Source: an uncultured Acidobacteriota bacterium
Lineage (GTDB): Bacteria; Acidobacteriota; Thermoanaerobaculia; UBA5066; Gp7-AA6
Direction: 5' to 3'
Assembly (NCBI GenBank): GCA_963764715.1
Contig: CAVXTP010000022.1
Location: 288,001-352,000, forward strand
DNA: 64,000 nt
Made by a program: the position numbers and the translations under genes. Below the pieces are notes generated by a model. The model was given only the letters and a program-made list of their open reading frames with translations, ran no database searches and was not told the origin of the DNA. Shown piece by piece: positions 19,296-29,125 of this stretch; within the stretch, counting starts at the first letter, position 1, and the number at the start of each line of letters is the position of its first letter.

Positions 19296-20136
19296 GGTCG
19301 GTGTTCTCGGCGCGGGCCTCATGGGCTCGGGCATCGCCGAGGTGTGCGTGAAAGCGGGCTACGACACGGTGGTCCGCGAGGTCAGCGACGAGCTCGTCAA
19401 GAAGGGGCTCTCGCGCATCGAGGGCTCGCTCGGAAAAGCCGTCGAGAAGGGCAAGCTTCCGGCGGCCGACCGCGACGCCGCCTGGAAGCGGCTCCACTCG
19501 ACGACGAAGCTCGAGGACCTCGCCGATTGCGACCTCCTGATCGAGGCGATCGTCGAAAACCTCGACGTCAAGAAGGAGACGTACCGCGCGCTCGACGCGG
19601 CGTGCAAGCCGGAGACGATCTTCTGCTCCAACACCTCGTCGCTGACGATCACCGAGATGTCCGCGGCGACCAAGCGACCGGACCGGTTCGCGGGACTCCA
19701 CTTCTTCAACCCGGTCCCCGTGATGAAGCTCGTGGAGGTCGTCCGCACGATCGCGACGTCCGAGGAGACCTTCGCGACGGTCTTCGAGTTCGCGAAGTCG
19801 CTCGGCAAGGAGCCGATCCGTACGCACGACAACTCCGGCTTCATCGTCAACCGTCTCCTCGTCCCGTACCTGCTGGACGCGGTCCGGGCCCTCGAGGAGG
19901 GCGTCGGCTCGCGCGAGGACATCGACAAGGGCATGGAGCTCGGCTGCGGCCACCCGATGGGGCCGCTGAAGCTCCTCGACTTCGTCGGTCTCGACACGAC
20001 CTACGCGATCGCCGAGATCATGTTTGCCGAGTACCGGGAGAAGCGCTTCGCGCCGCCCCCGCTGCTGAAGCGCATGGTCCTCGCCGGGCGCTACGGGAAG
20101 AAATCCGGGCGAGGCTTCTACGAGTACGGAGGGTAA
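19282..20136 (+). CDS. hbd: 3-hydroxybutyryl-CoA dehydrogenase
   Basis: GAGLMGSGIA, EAIVEN, SNTSSL, GLHFFNPVPVM, HPMGPL, GKKSGRGFY. Confidence 0.92.
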   Translation: MAIRKVGVLGAGLMGSGIAEVCVKAGYDTVVREVSDELVKKGLSRIEGSLGKAVEKGKLPAADRDAAWKRLHSTTKLEDLADCDLLIEAIVENLDVKKETYRALDAACKPETIFCSNTSSLTITEMSAATKRPDRFAGLHFFNPVPVMKLVEVVRTIATSEETFATVFEFAKSLGKEPIRTHDNSGFIVNRLLVPYLLDAVRALEEGVGSREDIDKGMELGCGHPMGPLKLLDFVGLDTTYAIAEIMFAEYREKRFAPPPLLKRMVLAGRYGKKSGRGFYEYGG

Positions 20137-20137
20137 C

Positions 20138-20917
20138 GTGAGCGACTTCGTTCTCGTCGAGACTTCGGACCGCGTCCGCACGCTGACCATCAACCGGCCG
20201 GACAAACTGAACGCGCTGAACGCGGAGGTCATGGCGGCCCTCGACGGCGCGCTCGACGCGGCCCGGGACGACACCTCGGTCGGCGTGGTGATCATCACGG
20301 GCTCGGGCGAGAAGTCCTTCATCGCGGGCGCCGACATCGGCGAGCTCTCGAAGCTCACGCCCGTGGAGGGCCGGGAGCACGCGCGCCGGGGCCAGGCCGT
20401 CCTCGCGAAAATCGAGGCGCTCGGCAAGCCCGTCATCGCCGCCGTCAACGGCTACGCGCTCGGCGGGGGATGCGAGCTCGCGCTCGCCTGCACGATCCGG
20501 ATCGCCTCCGAGAACGCGCGCTTCGGACAGCCCGAGGTGAAGCTCGGAATCCTGCCGGGCTACGGCGGCTCGCAGCGGCTGGCCCGCATCGTCGGCGAGG
20601 GCCGGGCGATGCAGCTCTGCCTGACGGCCGAGCCGATCGACGCGGCGGAGGCCTGGCGGATCGGGCTCGTCAACAAGGTCGTCCCCCCGGGCGAGGCGGT
20701 CGCGGCCGCCCGCGCCATGGCCGCGCAGATCCTCGCGAACGGCCCGGTCGCCTGCCGGTACGTTCTCGAGGCGGTCCACCGCGGCCTCGACCTGCCCCTT
20801 CCCGACGGCCTCCTGCTCGAGGCCACGCTCTTCGGGCTCTGCGCCGCCACCTCCGACATGAGGGAGGGGATGACCGCGTTCCTCGAGAAGCGGCCGGCGC
20901 GGTTCACGGGGAAGTAG
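20138..20917 (+). CDS. crt: Enoyl-CoA hydratase (crotonase)
   Basis: INRPDKLNAL, FIAGADI, ALGGGCELALAC, GQPEVKLG. Confidence 0.88.
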   Translation: MSDFVLVETSDRVRTLTINRPDKLNALNAEVMAALDGALDAARDDTSVGVVIITGSGEKSFIAGADIGELSKLTPVEGREHARRGQAVLAKIEALGKPVIAAVNGYALGGGCELALACTIRIASENARFGQPEVKLGILPGYGGSQRLARIVGEGRAMQLCLTAEPIDAAEAWRIGLVNKVVPPGEAVAAARAMAAQILANGPVACRYVLEAVHRGLDLPLPDGLLLEATLFGLCAATSDMREGMTAFLEKRPARFTGK

Positions 20918-20926
20918 GAGCGCGGC

Positions 20927-22099
20927 ATGGGCATCGAGCTCGTCAGCGCCTGTGTGTTCTGCGCCGGGATGCTCCTCGGGATGGACCTGTCGCCCCGCCC
21001 TGGCCTCGGGGGGGAGCTCGGCTTCTCCTACTCGACGCTCGCCCGGCGCTACGACATCGGAACCACCGTCGACACCTCGGACGTCACGCCGAAATTCGTC
21101 CTCGCCGGCATGGGCTTCGCGCGCTTCGCGCCGGACGGACTCGGCGCCGGGACGCCGGAGTTCGAGTGGAGGGCCCGGGTGGCGTTCGGAACGTCCCACG
21201 ACGAGCAGCAGCGGCTGGAGCAGCCGCAGCTCGGCCTCCCGCAGGTGCTCTCCAACGGGACCGGGCGCGCCGAGAACTTCGCCCTGCTCCTGCGGCTCCC
21301 GGTGACGAAGGCGGACTCGGTGGAGCTCGCCGGCGAGGGCCGGAACAACCGGTCGACCGACGTCATCAACATCGGCGGCGAGAACCAGGAGCTCACCGAG
21401 GCCCGGGACCTCTCGTCCCAGCGGATCGACGTCGCGGCCGGCTGGCGTCATCGCTGGCCGGGCCTCGAGGCCGCGGCGGCCTTCCGCTGGACGAAGCCGT
21501 CGGGCTACAACGCGACGGCCGGATCCTTCCAGGACGCCTCCGGACCGATCTACGGCGGCGAGGGCGAGGTCCGCTGGAAGCCCGGTCCGTGGACCTTCGT
21601 CGCCCACGCGGAGTACATGAGCGGGAACATCGACGTCCACCGGGAGAGCCTGCCCGACTTCCATGACCGCGACTCCGAGCTCAAGGCCGCGCTCCAGGCC
21701 TACCGGCTCTCGGCCGGCTACTCCTGGACGTGCTCGGACCTGATGCTTTCGGCGACGTACGAACGGCAGCAGCTCCCGTACGTCTCGCTCGCCGTTCTCG
21801 GGACGGAGACGGTGGCGTTCGACGGAGGCTACGATCCTTACTCCGACAACGAGGAGGTCTACTGGGACCTCGCCTTCCGGTACGCCTTCAGCCCGGCGAT
21901 CCGGGCGCGCATCGGCGCCCGACTGGCCTGGGGCGACGAGACCGTGACCCTGACCGACTCGGGCGGCGTGCGGCCGACCCGGATCCTCGACGTGGCGCGC
22001 CGCGGCATCTTCGGCGGGAGCCTCTCCGATCCCCTCGGATCGCCCGAGTTCGCCTTCTTCATCGGCGCGGACTTCTCGATCGGCGCGCCGAAGCCGTGA
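20927..22099 (+). CDS. Hypothetical protein, probable outer-membrane beta-barrel
   Basis: Alternating amphipathic aromatic-rich strands; near-terminal FFIGADFSI; AGGAG SD. Confidence 0.55.
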   Translation: MGIELVSACVFCAGMLLGMDLSPRPGLGGELGFSYSTLARRYDIGTTVDTSDVTPKFVLAGMGFARFAPDGLGAGTPEFEWRARVAFGTSHDEQQRLEQPQLGLPQVLSNGTGRAENFALLLRLPVTKADSVELAGEGRNNRSTDVINIGGENQELTEARDLSSQRIDVAAGWRHRWPGLEAAAAFRWTKPSGYNATAGSFQDASGPIYGGEGEVRWKPGPWTFVAHAEYMSGNIDVHRESLPDFHDRDSELKAALQAYRLSAGYSWTCSDLMLSATYERQQLPYVSLAVLGTETVAFDGGYDPYSDNEEVYWDLAFRYAFSPAIRARIGARLAWGDETVTLTDSGGVRPTRILDVARRGIFGGSLSDPLGSPEFAFFIGADFSIGAPKP

Positions 22100-22137
22100 G
22101 CCCTCCCGGTGCTAAACTCGGTGCGGGAGAAGACCTC

Positions 22138-23391
22138 TTGAACCCGCCGGACTCCGACCTCATCTACGACTGGAACCGCGCCGGCGGCGCGGTTTCCCCG
22201 AAGCGCGGCCGGGTCGAGATCGACGACGAGACACTCCGGGACGGCCTCCAGTCCCCCTCGGTCAAGAGCCCCTCGATCGACCAGAAGATCCGGATCCTGC
22301 ACCTGATGGAGTCGCTCGGGATCGACTCCGCGGACATCGGTTTGCCGGGGGCCGGCCCCCACGTCGTCGACACGGTGACGCGCCTCGCCCAGGAGATCGT
22401 CATCGGCAAGATGAAGATCCGGCCCAACTGCGCGGCACGGACCGTGGCGGCGGACATCCTGCCGATCATCGAAATCTCGCAGAAGGTCGGGATCCCGATC
22501 GAGGTCTCGTGCTTCATCGGGTCTTCGCCGATCCGCCAGTACGCCGAGGACTGGGACTTCGAGCGGATGCTCCGCCTGTCCGAGGACGCGGTGGCCCTCG
22601 CCGTGCGGGAGGGCCTACCGGTCATGTACGTCACCGAGGACACGACGCGCGCGCACCCCGACCACGTCCGCGCGATGTACACGACGGCCATGCGGGCCGG
22701 CGCCGGACGGATCTGCGTCTGCGACACCGTCGGGCACGCGACGCCGAACGGGGTCCGCAACCTCGTCGCCTTCGTCTGCCAGCTCGTCGAGGAAGTGAGC
22801 CCGTCCGTCAAGGTCGACTGGCACGGCCACCAGGACCGGGGCCTCGGCGTCACGAACGCCCTCTGGGCCCTGGAGGCCGGAGCGCACCGCGTCCACGCCT
22901 GCGCTCTCGGGATCGGGGAGCGCGTCGGGAACACGCCGATGGACCAGCTGCTCGTCAACCTGCAGCTGCTCGGCTGGATCGACCGCGACCTGACCCGGCT
23001 CAACGACTACTGCGCGGCGGTCTCCGAAGCGACCGGCGTGCCGATCCCCGACAACTACCCGGTCGTCGGCCGGGACGCATTTCGCACCGGGACCGGCGTC
23101 CACGCCGCGGCCATCATCAAGGCCCGCAAGAAGGGCGACGAGTGGCTGGCGGACCGCGTCTACTCGGGCGTCCCCGCCTCGATGGTCGGACGCCACCAGG
23201 TGATCGAGGTCGGGCCCATGAGCGGCCTCTCGAACGTCCAGTGCTGGCTGGAGAGCCGGGGAATCGAGGCCCGGCCGGACCTCGTCGACGCGATCTTCCG
23301 CCTCGCCAAGGAGAGCGACCACATCCTCGGCGACGCCGAGATCCTCGACGTCGTGCAGCGGCTGACTCCGGAAACCGCGCCGCTGCGGTAG
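22138..23391 (+). CDS. LeuA/homocitrate synthase family (DRE-TIM) enzyme lacking the C-terminal regulatory domain
   Basis: DETLRDGLQ, CDTVG, HGHQDRG, GERVGN, GVHAAA; TTG start with GGGAGA SD and TGcTAAACT -10 at 22110-22118. Confidence 0.8.
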   Translation: MNPPDSDLIYDWNRAGGAVSPKRGRVEIDDETLRDGLQSPSVKSPSIDQKIRILHLMESLGIDSADIGLPGAGPHVVDTVTRLAQEIVIGKMKIRPNCAARTVAADILPIIEISQKVGIPIEVSCFIGSSPIRQYAEDWDFERMLRLSEDAVALAVREGLPVMYVTEDTTRAHPDHVRAMYTTAMRAGAGRICVCDTVGHATPNGVRNLVAFVCQLVEEVSPSVKVDWHGHQDRGLGVTNALWALEAGAHRVHACALGIGERVGNTPMDQLLVNLQLLGWIDRDLTRLNDYCAAVSEATGVPIPDNYPVVGRDAFRTGTGVHAAAIIKARKKGDEWLADRVYSGVPASMVGRHQVIEVGPMSGLSNVQCWLESRGIEARPDLVDAIFRLAKESDHILGDAEILDVVQRLTPETAPLR

Positions 23392-23400
23392 GGGCGCCGC

Positions 23401-24378
23401 CTGCGCCGCGCGAACCGGAAGGGAAAGTCGGACGAGCCGGCGGCGGCGGCCCGCTCGTCGCGCTTTCTCGAACGCGACCTCCCGACCTACCTCGACCACC
23501 TGTCCGTCGAGAGGGGCCTTTCGCCCGCGAGCGTCGCGGCGTACCGCGGCGACCTGACGGCCTTCGGCGAGTTCCTCGCGGGGCGGCGGGTCGAGGCCGC
23601 GCGGGCTTCGCGCGCCGACCTGGGGCGTTACCTGGCGCACCTGCGGGCCCGCGACCTTTCGTCGCGCTCGACCTCGCGCGCGCTGTCCGCGATCCGCGGC
23701 TTCTTCGCGTTCGCCGCCGCGCACCTCGGCTTTCCGGAGGACCCGACGGCCGACCTCGCCAATCCGCGCATCGGGCGGGCGCTTCCGAAGAGCATCGGGG
23801 AAAGTGAGGTCGAGGCGCTGCTCGCGGCGCCCGACGTGCGGGGCCCCCTCGGCCTGCGCGACCGCGCGATGCTCGAGCTCCTCTACGCCTCGGGGCTCCG
23901 CGTGTCGGAGATCGTGAACCTGCCGCGCGAGGCCATCGACCTCGAGGCCGGGATCCTTCGGGTGACGGGCAAGGGCGGCAAGGAGCGGCTCGTCCCCTTC
24001 GGCCGCTCGGCCGCGCGCTGGCTCGCGCGGTACCTCGAGGCCGCGCGGCCGCCGCTCGACCGGCGCCGCTCCGCGCACCTCTTCCTTTCGTCGCGGGGCG
24101 CGGCGATGACCCGCCAGCGCTTCTGGCAGCTCATCGAGGCCTACGGCCGCAAGGCCGGGATCCGCACGCGCCTGACGCCCCACGTTCTCCGCCATGCCTT
24201 TGCCACGCACCTGCTGGAGCACGGCGCGGACCTCCGCGCCCTCCAGATGATGCTGGGCCACGCCGACATCGCCACGACCCAGATCTACACGAGCGTCTCC
24301 CGCGGCCGGCTCCGCCGGGTTTACGACGAGTTCCACCCCCGGGCGAAGGGCCGGGGTCGTGCGAAGATGGGGCGGTGA
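23401..24378 (+). CDS. xerD: Tyrosine recombinase XerD (start uncertain, probably CTG 23401)
   Basis: YLDHLSVERGLS...AYRGDL N-domain, LYASGLRVSE, GKGGKERLVP, HVLRHAFATHLL, LGHADIATTQIYT. Confidence 0.88.
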   Translation: MRRANRKGKSDEPAAAARSSRFLERDLPTYLDHLSVERGLSPASVAAYRGDLTAFGEFLAGRRVEAARASRADLGRYLAHLRARDLSSRSTSRALSAIRGFFAFAAAHLGFPEDPTADLANPRIGRALPKSIGESEVEALLAAPDVRGPLGLRDRAMLELLYASGLRVSEIVNLPREAIDLEAGILRVTGKGGKERLVPFGRSAARWLARYLEAARPPLDRRRSAHLFLSSRGAAMTRQRFWQLIEAYGRKAGIRTRLTPHVLRHAFATHLLEHGADLRALQMMLGHADIATTQIYTSVSRGRLRRVYDEFHPRAKGRGRAKMGR

Positions 24379-24434
24379 CGACCCGGTCCAGAACGGCGGA
24401 ATGTAGCGGCCCGAGGGCCTGTTCTGCGTGGGGC

Positions 24435-25205
24435 ATGCCCTCCCTTCGCCTCCGCTGGGTCGCCGTGTGTCTCGGCGGCCTCCTCGGGGCGGGGTCGGCC
24501 GCACGGGCCGAGCTCATCGTCTTCGAGGACGGGCGGGTCGTGAAGGCCGCGGGTTTCGAGCTCCATTCGGACGAGCTCGAGATCCGGCTCCCCGGCGGCG
24601 GGAGCTACCGCGTCGACCTCGCGCGGGTGGACCGCATCGTCGATGACGAGGTCGTCGTGGATGCGGTCGTGGTCGAGCCGAGCGCCCTCGAGGCCGGCGG
24701 AGCCTTCGACATCTCGTACCGGCCCGAGCGCAAGCCCCTCTTCTCGACGCCCTACGACGCGCTCATCGAGCGGGAGGCGAAGGCCTTCGACATCGACGCG
24801 GCCCTCGTCTCCGCGCTCATCCGGGCCGAGTCCAACTACGAGCCGCGCGCCGTCTCGCGCAAGGGCGCGCGCGGCCTGATGCAGCTGATGCCGGCGACCG
24901 CGCGGAGACTCTCGGTGCAGAAGCCCTTCGACCCCTCCGCGAACGTGAAGGGCGGCGTCCGCTACCTCCGGGAGCTCGTCGACCGTTTCGGTCCGCGTCC
25001 CGACCTGGTGCTGGCGGCGTACAACGCGGGCGAGGGGGCCGTCGTGGCGTATGGCGGCGTGCCGCCGTACCGGGAGACGGTGGCCTACGTCAACCGCATC
25101 CTCCGCTGGGCCCAGCCGGTGCCGAACGCCGGCGCGACGCGCCCCGGGAATTCCCCCGCCGCCCCGGCTTCGAGCGCCGGAACGACCCTCGAGACGCGCA
25201 ACTAG
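24435..25205 (+). CDS. Soluble lytic transglycosylase (SLT domain)
   Basis: Signal peptide; IRAESNY, AVSRKGARGLMQLMP, LAAYNAGEGAV. Confidence 0.9.
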   Translation: MPSLRLRWVAVCLGGLLGAGSAARAELIVFEDGRVVKAAGFELHSDELEIRLPGGGSYRVDLARVDRIVDDEVVVDAVVVEPSALEAGGAFDISYRPERKPLFSTPYDALIEREAKAFDIDAALVSALIRAESNYEPRAVSRKGARGLMQLMPATARRLSVQKPFDPSANVKGGVRYLRELVDRFGPRPDLVLAAYNAGEGAVVAYGGVPPYRETVAYVNRILRWAQPVPNAGATRPGNSPAAPASSAGTTLETRN

Positions 25206-25214
25206 AGCGGCGGC

Positions 25215-25559
25215 TCAGTCCGCGGGGGCGATCGACTCGACGAAGATCGTGTCGCCCTCGACCCGTCCCTCGATCCGCACGCGCCGGGCGGCGAACTCCG
25301 CGGGCGCGTCCTGATCGTCGAGCTGGTAGAACTTCGTCGTGGCGACGTCGATGAAGCCGTAGGGCGCGCCCTTCGCGACGCACTTGAGCGTGCACTCGCG
25401 GTCGTCCCGCCCCATCCCGCCCCGGGCGATCATCGGAGCGTGGTACGGGCCGCACTCCGCGTCGGTGATCCAGCCGAGGAAGGTCTCGGCGGCGGCCGGC
25501 GCGGCGGTGGCCAGGGCCAGGGCCAGGGCGACGGCGGCGAGGAGGATCGAGCGCTTCAT
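25215..25559 (-). CDS. Small secreted Cys-containing protein
   Basis: Signal peptide; GWITDAEC...ECTLKCV motif; OB-like C-terminus. Confidence 0.65.
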   Translation of the reverse strand: MKRSILLAAVALALALATAAPAAAETFLGWITDAECGPYHAPMIARGGMGRDDRECTLKCVAKGAPYGFIDVATTKFYQLDDQDAPAEFAARRVRIEGRVEGDTIFVESIAPAD

Positions 25560-25613
25560 CGACATTCGTTGGATGCCGCCGGGTGGCGGACGATACATGG
25601 CCGATCGCCGTCG

Positions 25614-27755
25614 TTACGGCCGGACGGTCGGCCGGGGGACCGGCGCCGGCTCGCCGGCCGCGCGTTTGGCGGCCGCGATGGCCGCGCGGAGCTTCTCGGA
25701 GAGACGCTGGATCTGCAGGTCGGCGAATTCTCCCCGGCCGCCGACGAGGGCCTCGCGGATCGCCGGCAGCGTTTCGGCCTCGTACGTCGGCAGCGGGGCA
25801 TAAACCAGGTGGCGGAACCAGGGCCGGCCGGGGATCCCCGGCGGATCGAGGAGCGCCCGTTCGAGCGAGAGGAGCCAGGCGTTGGCGTCGCGCAGCGCCG
25901 TGAATCCCATCCGGTCGGCCCCGACCCGCGCGGCGATCGCCTTCTGCGCGGCGCCGGCGCTCTCGCTCCAGGCCCGGCCGAGGGAGGCGAGCTCCGAGAG
26001 GCCGCGGGCATGGGTGGCGGCGGCGTCGAGGTCCTTGAGCTCTTCGGCGTACCGCGCGATCTCGCGGCCGTAGGCGGCCGCGTCGAAGGGAAGAGTGTCG
26101 GCGTTGGCGAAGCGCAGCGCCAGCATGCCCGCGTACTTCGCCATCGCCGCGTGGTAGACGAAGCCCGGATCGCCCTGGGTCGCCATCCAGCGGTGCGTGT
26201 CGTAGACGGAGTGATAGACGCCGTAGGGGCCGTCGAAGACGAGGTCGGTGGAGGCGATGCCGAGGTGATTGAAGAACACGGTGTAGTCGGAGCCGCTTCC
26301 CAGGACCGCCACGGGCAGCTTCTCGGACGCGTCGGCCGATTCCCGCCGTTCGGTCCAGGCGTCGGCGAGGGTCTTGCCCGGGGTCTCGGGGTCCGGAAAG
26401 TCCCGGGCGAGCTCGCGCAGGGCCGTGAACAGGAGCGGCGAGGCCGAGGCCGCGAAGCGCTTCCCGAGGGCCGAGGCGTCGACGTTGATGCAGACCACCG
26501 CGTTCTGCTTGAGGTCGCGCTCGTACTGCTCGCCCCACTCGGTCGAGCCGGTCAGCGTGTACTCCTCGGCGTCCCATTCCCCGATGACGATCGTCCGCCG
26601 GGGCCGGAAGCCCTCGGCCGCGAGCTTTCCGAGGGCCCGCCCGAGGGCGAGCATGGAGGCCGTTCCCGACGAAGGATCGACGCCCCCGTAGACCCAGGCG
26701 TCGAAATGGTTCGAGAGCAGGACCTTGCGTCCCGGCTCGTCGGTGCCCCGGAGAGTCGCGACGACGTTCCGGATGGTCCTCTTCTCGCGCGTGTTCTCGA
26801 TCTTGAGGGCGACGCGCACCGGGCCGGGGCCGACGTTGTAGGTCCGGGTCACGGCGAGACCCTGCCAGGTCGAGCCCGGGACCGCCGGTCCGCGAAGCCG
26901 CTCGAGGATCTCGGCCGCGTCGCGGGCCGAGAGGGGCATCATGGGGATCTTCGGCAGGATCTCCGACTCGGACGCGGGGATGCGCCGCGCCTCGGGCGTC
27001 GACGCCCAGCCGGGCGTCAGCGGATCGCCGGGCACGATGAAGTCGTAGACGTTGGAGCCGCGCTGGACGTGGGAAAGCGGTCCCCAGGGCCCGTCGGGAT
27101 AGGCGGGGCCCTGGAACCACCCGTCGTCGACTGGGTCCGAGTAGACCAGGATCGCCAGCACGCCGCGCTTCTCGGCCTCGAGCGACTTTCCTCCGCGGTA
27201 GCCCCCGAAATACCGGGCGAGCGCGATCTTTCCGCGCACGTCGATGCCCATCCTGGCGAGCCGGTCGTAGTCTTCGGCGCTTCCGCGGTTGACGTAGACG
27301 ACCTCGCCGACGACCTCGGCCGACGGCGAGTACGCGTTCCACGGAGGGGCGGCCTCGGGCACGTCGGTGTCGGGGTCCTCGGGGATCGGCAGCTCGCCCC
27401 GGGCGAGGGCCACGCCGGGCTCGCCGACGATCTCGAGCCGCGCACTGCGCGGATAGGACAGGAGGACCTCGTAGGACGGCATCTCCACCGACCAGCCGGC
27501 CTTCCGGTACTCGGCAGCCAGGTACTCGGCGACGCGGGCGTTGCCGTCGGTCCCGGCGACGTGCGGCGTCCGGGTCACCTCGCGGTGGATTTCCTCGCAG
27601 TCCTGCGGCCGCGCGAGCTCGAGGAGGCGCCGTTCGTATTCGCGCTGCCAGGCGGAGCGCTTCGGCGCGAACCCGGTCAGCTTCGGCGAAGGCGCCGGCC
27701 CCGCCGACAGCGCCAGGACGGCCGCGAGGGGAAGAAACGCCCGGGCGCGCTTCAC
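25614..27755 (-). CDS. M28 peptidase, glutamate carboxypeptidase II/transferrin-receptor-like
   Basis: PHVAGT, PA domain, NHFDAW, GGVDPSSG, WDAEEY, GSGSDY, YHSVYD, PWFRHLVYAP. Confidence 0.88.
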   Translation of the reverse strand: MKRARAFLPLAAVLALSAGPAPSPKLTGFAPKRSAWQREYERRLLELARPQDCEEIHREVTRTPHVAGTDGNARVAEYLAAEYRKAGWSVEMPSYEVLLSYPRSARLEIVGEPGVALARGELPIPEDPDTDVPEAAPPWNAYSPSAEVVGEVVYVNRGSAEDYDRLARMGIDVRGKIALARYFGGYRGGKSLEAEKRGVLAILVYSDPVDDGWFQGPAYPDGPWGPLSHVQRGSNVYDFIVPGDPLTPGWASTPEARRIPASESEILPKIPMMPLSARDAAEILERLRGPAVPGSTWQGLAVTRTYNVGPGPVRVALKIENTREKRTIRNVVATLRGTDEPGRKVLLSNHFDAWVYGGVDPSSGTASMLALGRALGKLAAEGFRPRRTIVIGEWDAEEYTLTGSTEWGEQYERDLKQNAVVCINVDASALGKRFAASASPLLFTALRELARDFPDPETPGKTLADAWTERRESADASEKLPVAVLGSGSDYTVFFNHLGIASTDLVFDGPYGVYHSVYDTHRWMATQGDPGFVYHAAMAKYAGMLALRFANADTLPFDAAAYGREIARYAEELKDLDAAATHARGLSELASLGRAWSESAGAAQKAIAARVGADRMGFTALRDANAWLLSLERALLDPPGIPGRPWFRHLVYAPLPTYEAETLPAIREALVGGRGEFADLQIQRLSEKLRAAIAAAKRAAGEPAPVPRPTVRP

Positions 27756-29125
27756 GCCGTCCTCCGCGGGCCGCGGCGCATCCGGTAGTAGACGGGCAGG
27801 CCGATGAGCAGGATCCCGATGCCCGCGAGTGTCTCCCGCGGCTGCGTGCGCACGGTATTGACCGCGAGCGCCACCGTGCTCGCGACGAAGACGAGCGGAA
27901 CGACGGGATAGCCCCAGCAGCGGTAGGGACGGGAAAGGTCCGGTCGCTTGCGCCGAAGCACGAAGAGGGCGATTCCCGTGGCTGCGTAGGCGAGGATCAC
28001 GAAGAAGGTGGCGTAGGTGTAGAGCTGGTCGTAGCGCCCCGAAAGACAGAGCAGGGACATCCACACGGCCTGGACGACGATCCCGAAGGACGGCGTCTTG
28101 AAGCGGGGATGAATTCGGGCGAACGGCTTCGGAAAGAGCCCATCCTCGGCGAGAGCGTAAACGACGCGTGGCGCCGGAACCAGGCCGGCCGACGTGCATC
28201 CGGCCGCGGCGGCCGTCACGGCCAGGGCGATGACGAAGGCGGCGCCGCCCCCGAAGAGGCGGGTCGCGGCGAGGGCGGCGGGCTCCCCGACGTTCGCCAT
28301 CTCGGCCGGCGGGATCGCCTTGAGGAAGACGGCGTTGGCAGCGACGTAGAGAAGTGTCAGGAGGCCCGTCCCGAGGATGAGGGCGAGCGGGAGGTTCCGG
28401 CGCGGGTTGGCGACTTCGCCCGCGACCGCCACGATCTCGTTCCAGCCGTAGTAGGTCCAGAAGATCGCGACGAGGGCGGTGCCGATGCCCGCGAAGGTCA
28501 GCGCCGCAACCGGCCCCGGGGCCCCCGCGGCCGCCTCCGGCCGGGGCGCGAACGCGCCGCCGACCGCGATCCACAGCAGGGCGAGGAGGATCATCGAGGT
28601 GAAGACGCCCTGGATGCGGGCCCCCTCCTTGACCCCGACGTAATGCGTCGCCGAGAGCACCAGGGTCAGCGCGATCGCGACGAGCTGCGCCGCGTTGATC
28701 GGGACCGGCCCCACCGTGAAGAGCACGTTCGCGCTCGAAAGCGACGGGAAGAAGACCGAGAGGTACTGGGCGAAGCCGATGGCCACGGCCGCGTCGGACC
28801 CGATGATGATCACCCAGAAGGCGACCCAGGCGTAGAGGAACGCCGGGAGCTCGCCGAAGGCCTCCCGGAAGAACACGTACATTCCGCCGGCCTGCGGCAT
28901 CATGGCGCCCATCTCCGCATAGACGAGCCCTCCGGCGATCGCGAGCAGCCCGCCCACGATCCAGAGGCCGAGGATCCAGTGCCCGTCGGGAACGGCCTTC
29001 GCGATCCCCGCGGGCGTCAGGAAGATGCCCCCACCGACCGCGAGCCCGATGACGAGGAGGCTCGTGTCCCAGAGTCCGAGGCCCCGGGCGAGCTTGCCCC
29101 GGCTCTCGCCGGTCGACTCGCTCAC
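27752..29125 (-). CDS. APC family amino acid permease
   Basis: GGGIFLTP, YAEMGAMMPQAGG, YYGWN, AGEVANPRRNLP, RPYRCWGYP; about 12 TM. Confidence 0.9.
   Translation of the reverse strand: MSESTGESRGKLARGLGLWDTSLLVIGLAVGGGIFLTPAGIAKAVPDGHWILGLWIVGGLLAIAGGLVYAEMGAMMPQAGGMYVFFREAFGELPAFLYAWVAFWVIIIGSDAAVAIGFAQYLSVFFPSLSSANVLFTVGPVPINAAQLVAIALTLVLSATHYVGVKEGARIQGVFTSMILLALLWIAVGGAFAPRPEAAAGAPGPVAALTFAGIGTALVAIFWTYYGWNEIVAVAGEVANPRRNLPLALILGTGLLTLLYVAANAVFLKAIPPAEMANVGEPAALAATRLFGGGAAFVIALAVTAAAAGCTSAGLVPAPRVVYALAEDGLFPKPFARIHPRFKTPSFGIVVQAVWMSLLCLSGRYDQLYTYATFFVILAYAATGIALFVLRRKRPDLSRPYRCWGYPVVPLVFVASTVALAVNTVRTQPRETLAGIGILLIGLPVYYRMRRGPRRTA

Noticed and set aside
20914-20929. GTAGGAGCGCGGCATG as a GTAG REP
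   Set aside because: No palindrome completes; better explained as the crt stop plus the AGGAG SD of the next gene
23389-23391. Pyrrolysine-type recoding of the TAG between the leuA-family gene and xerD
   Set aside because: No pyl genes in the window; both proteins are complete alone and TAG is an ordinary stop in many genes here
23401-24378. Tyrosine recombinase as a phage or island integrase
   Set aside because: Motifs are housekeeping XerD type; no att repeats, tRNA or mobile cargo nearby
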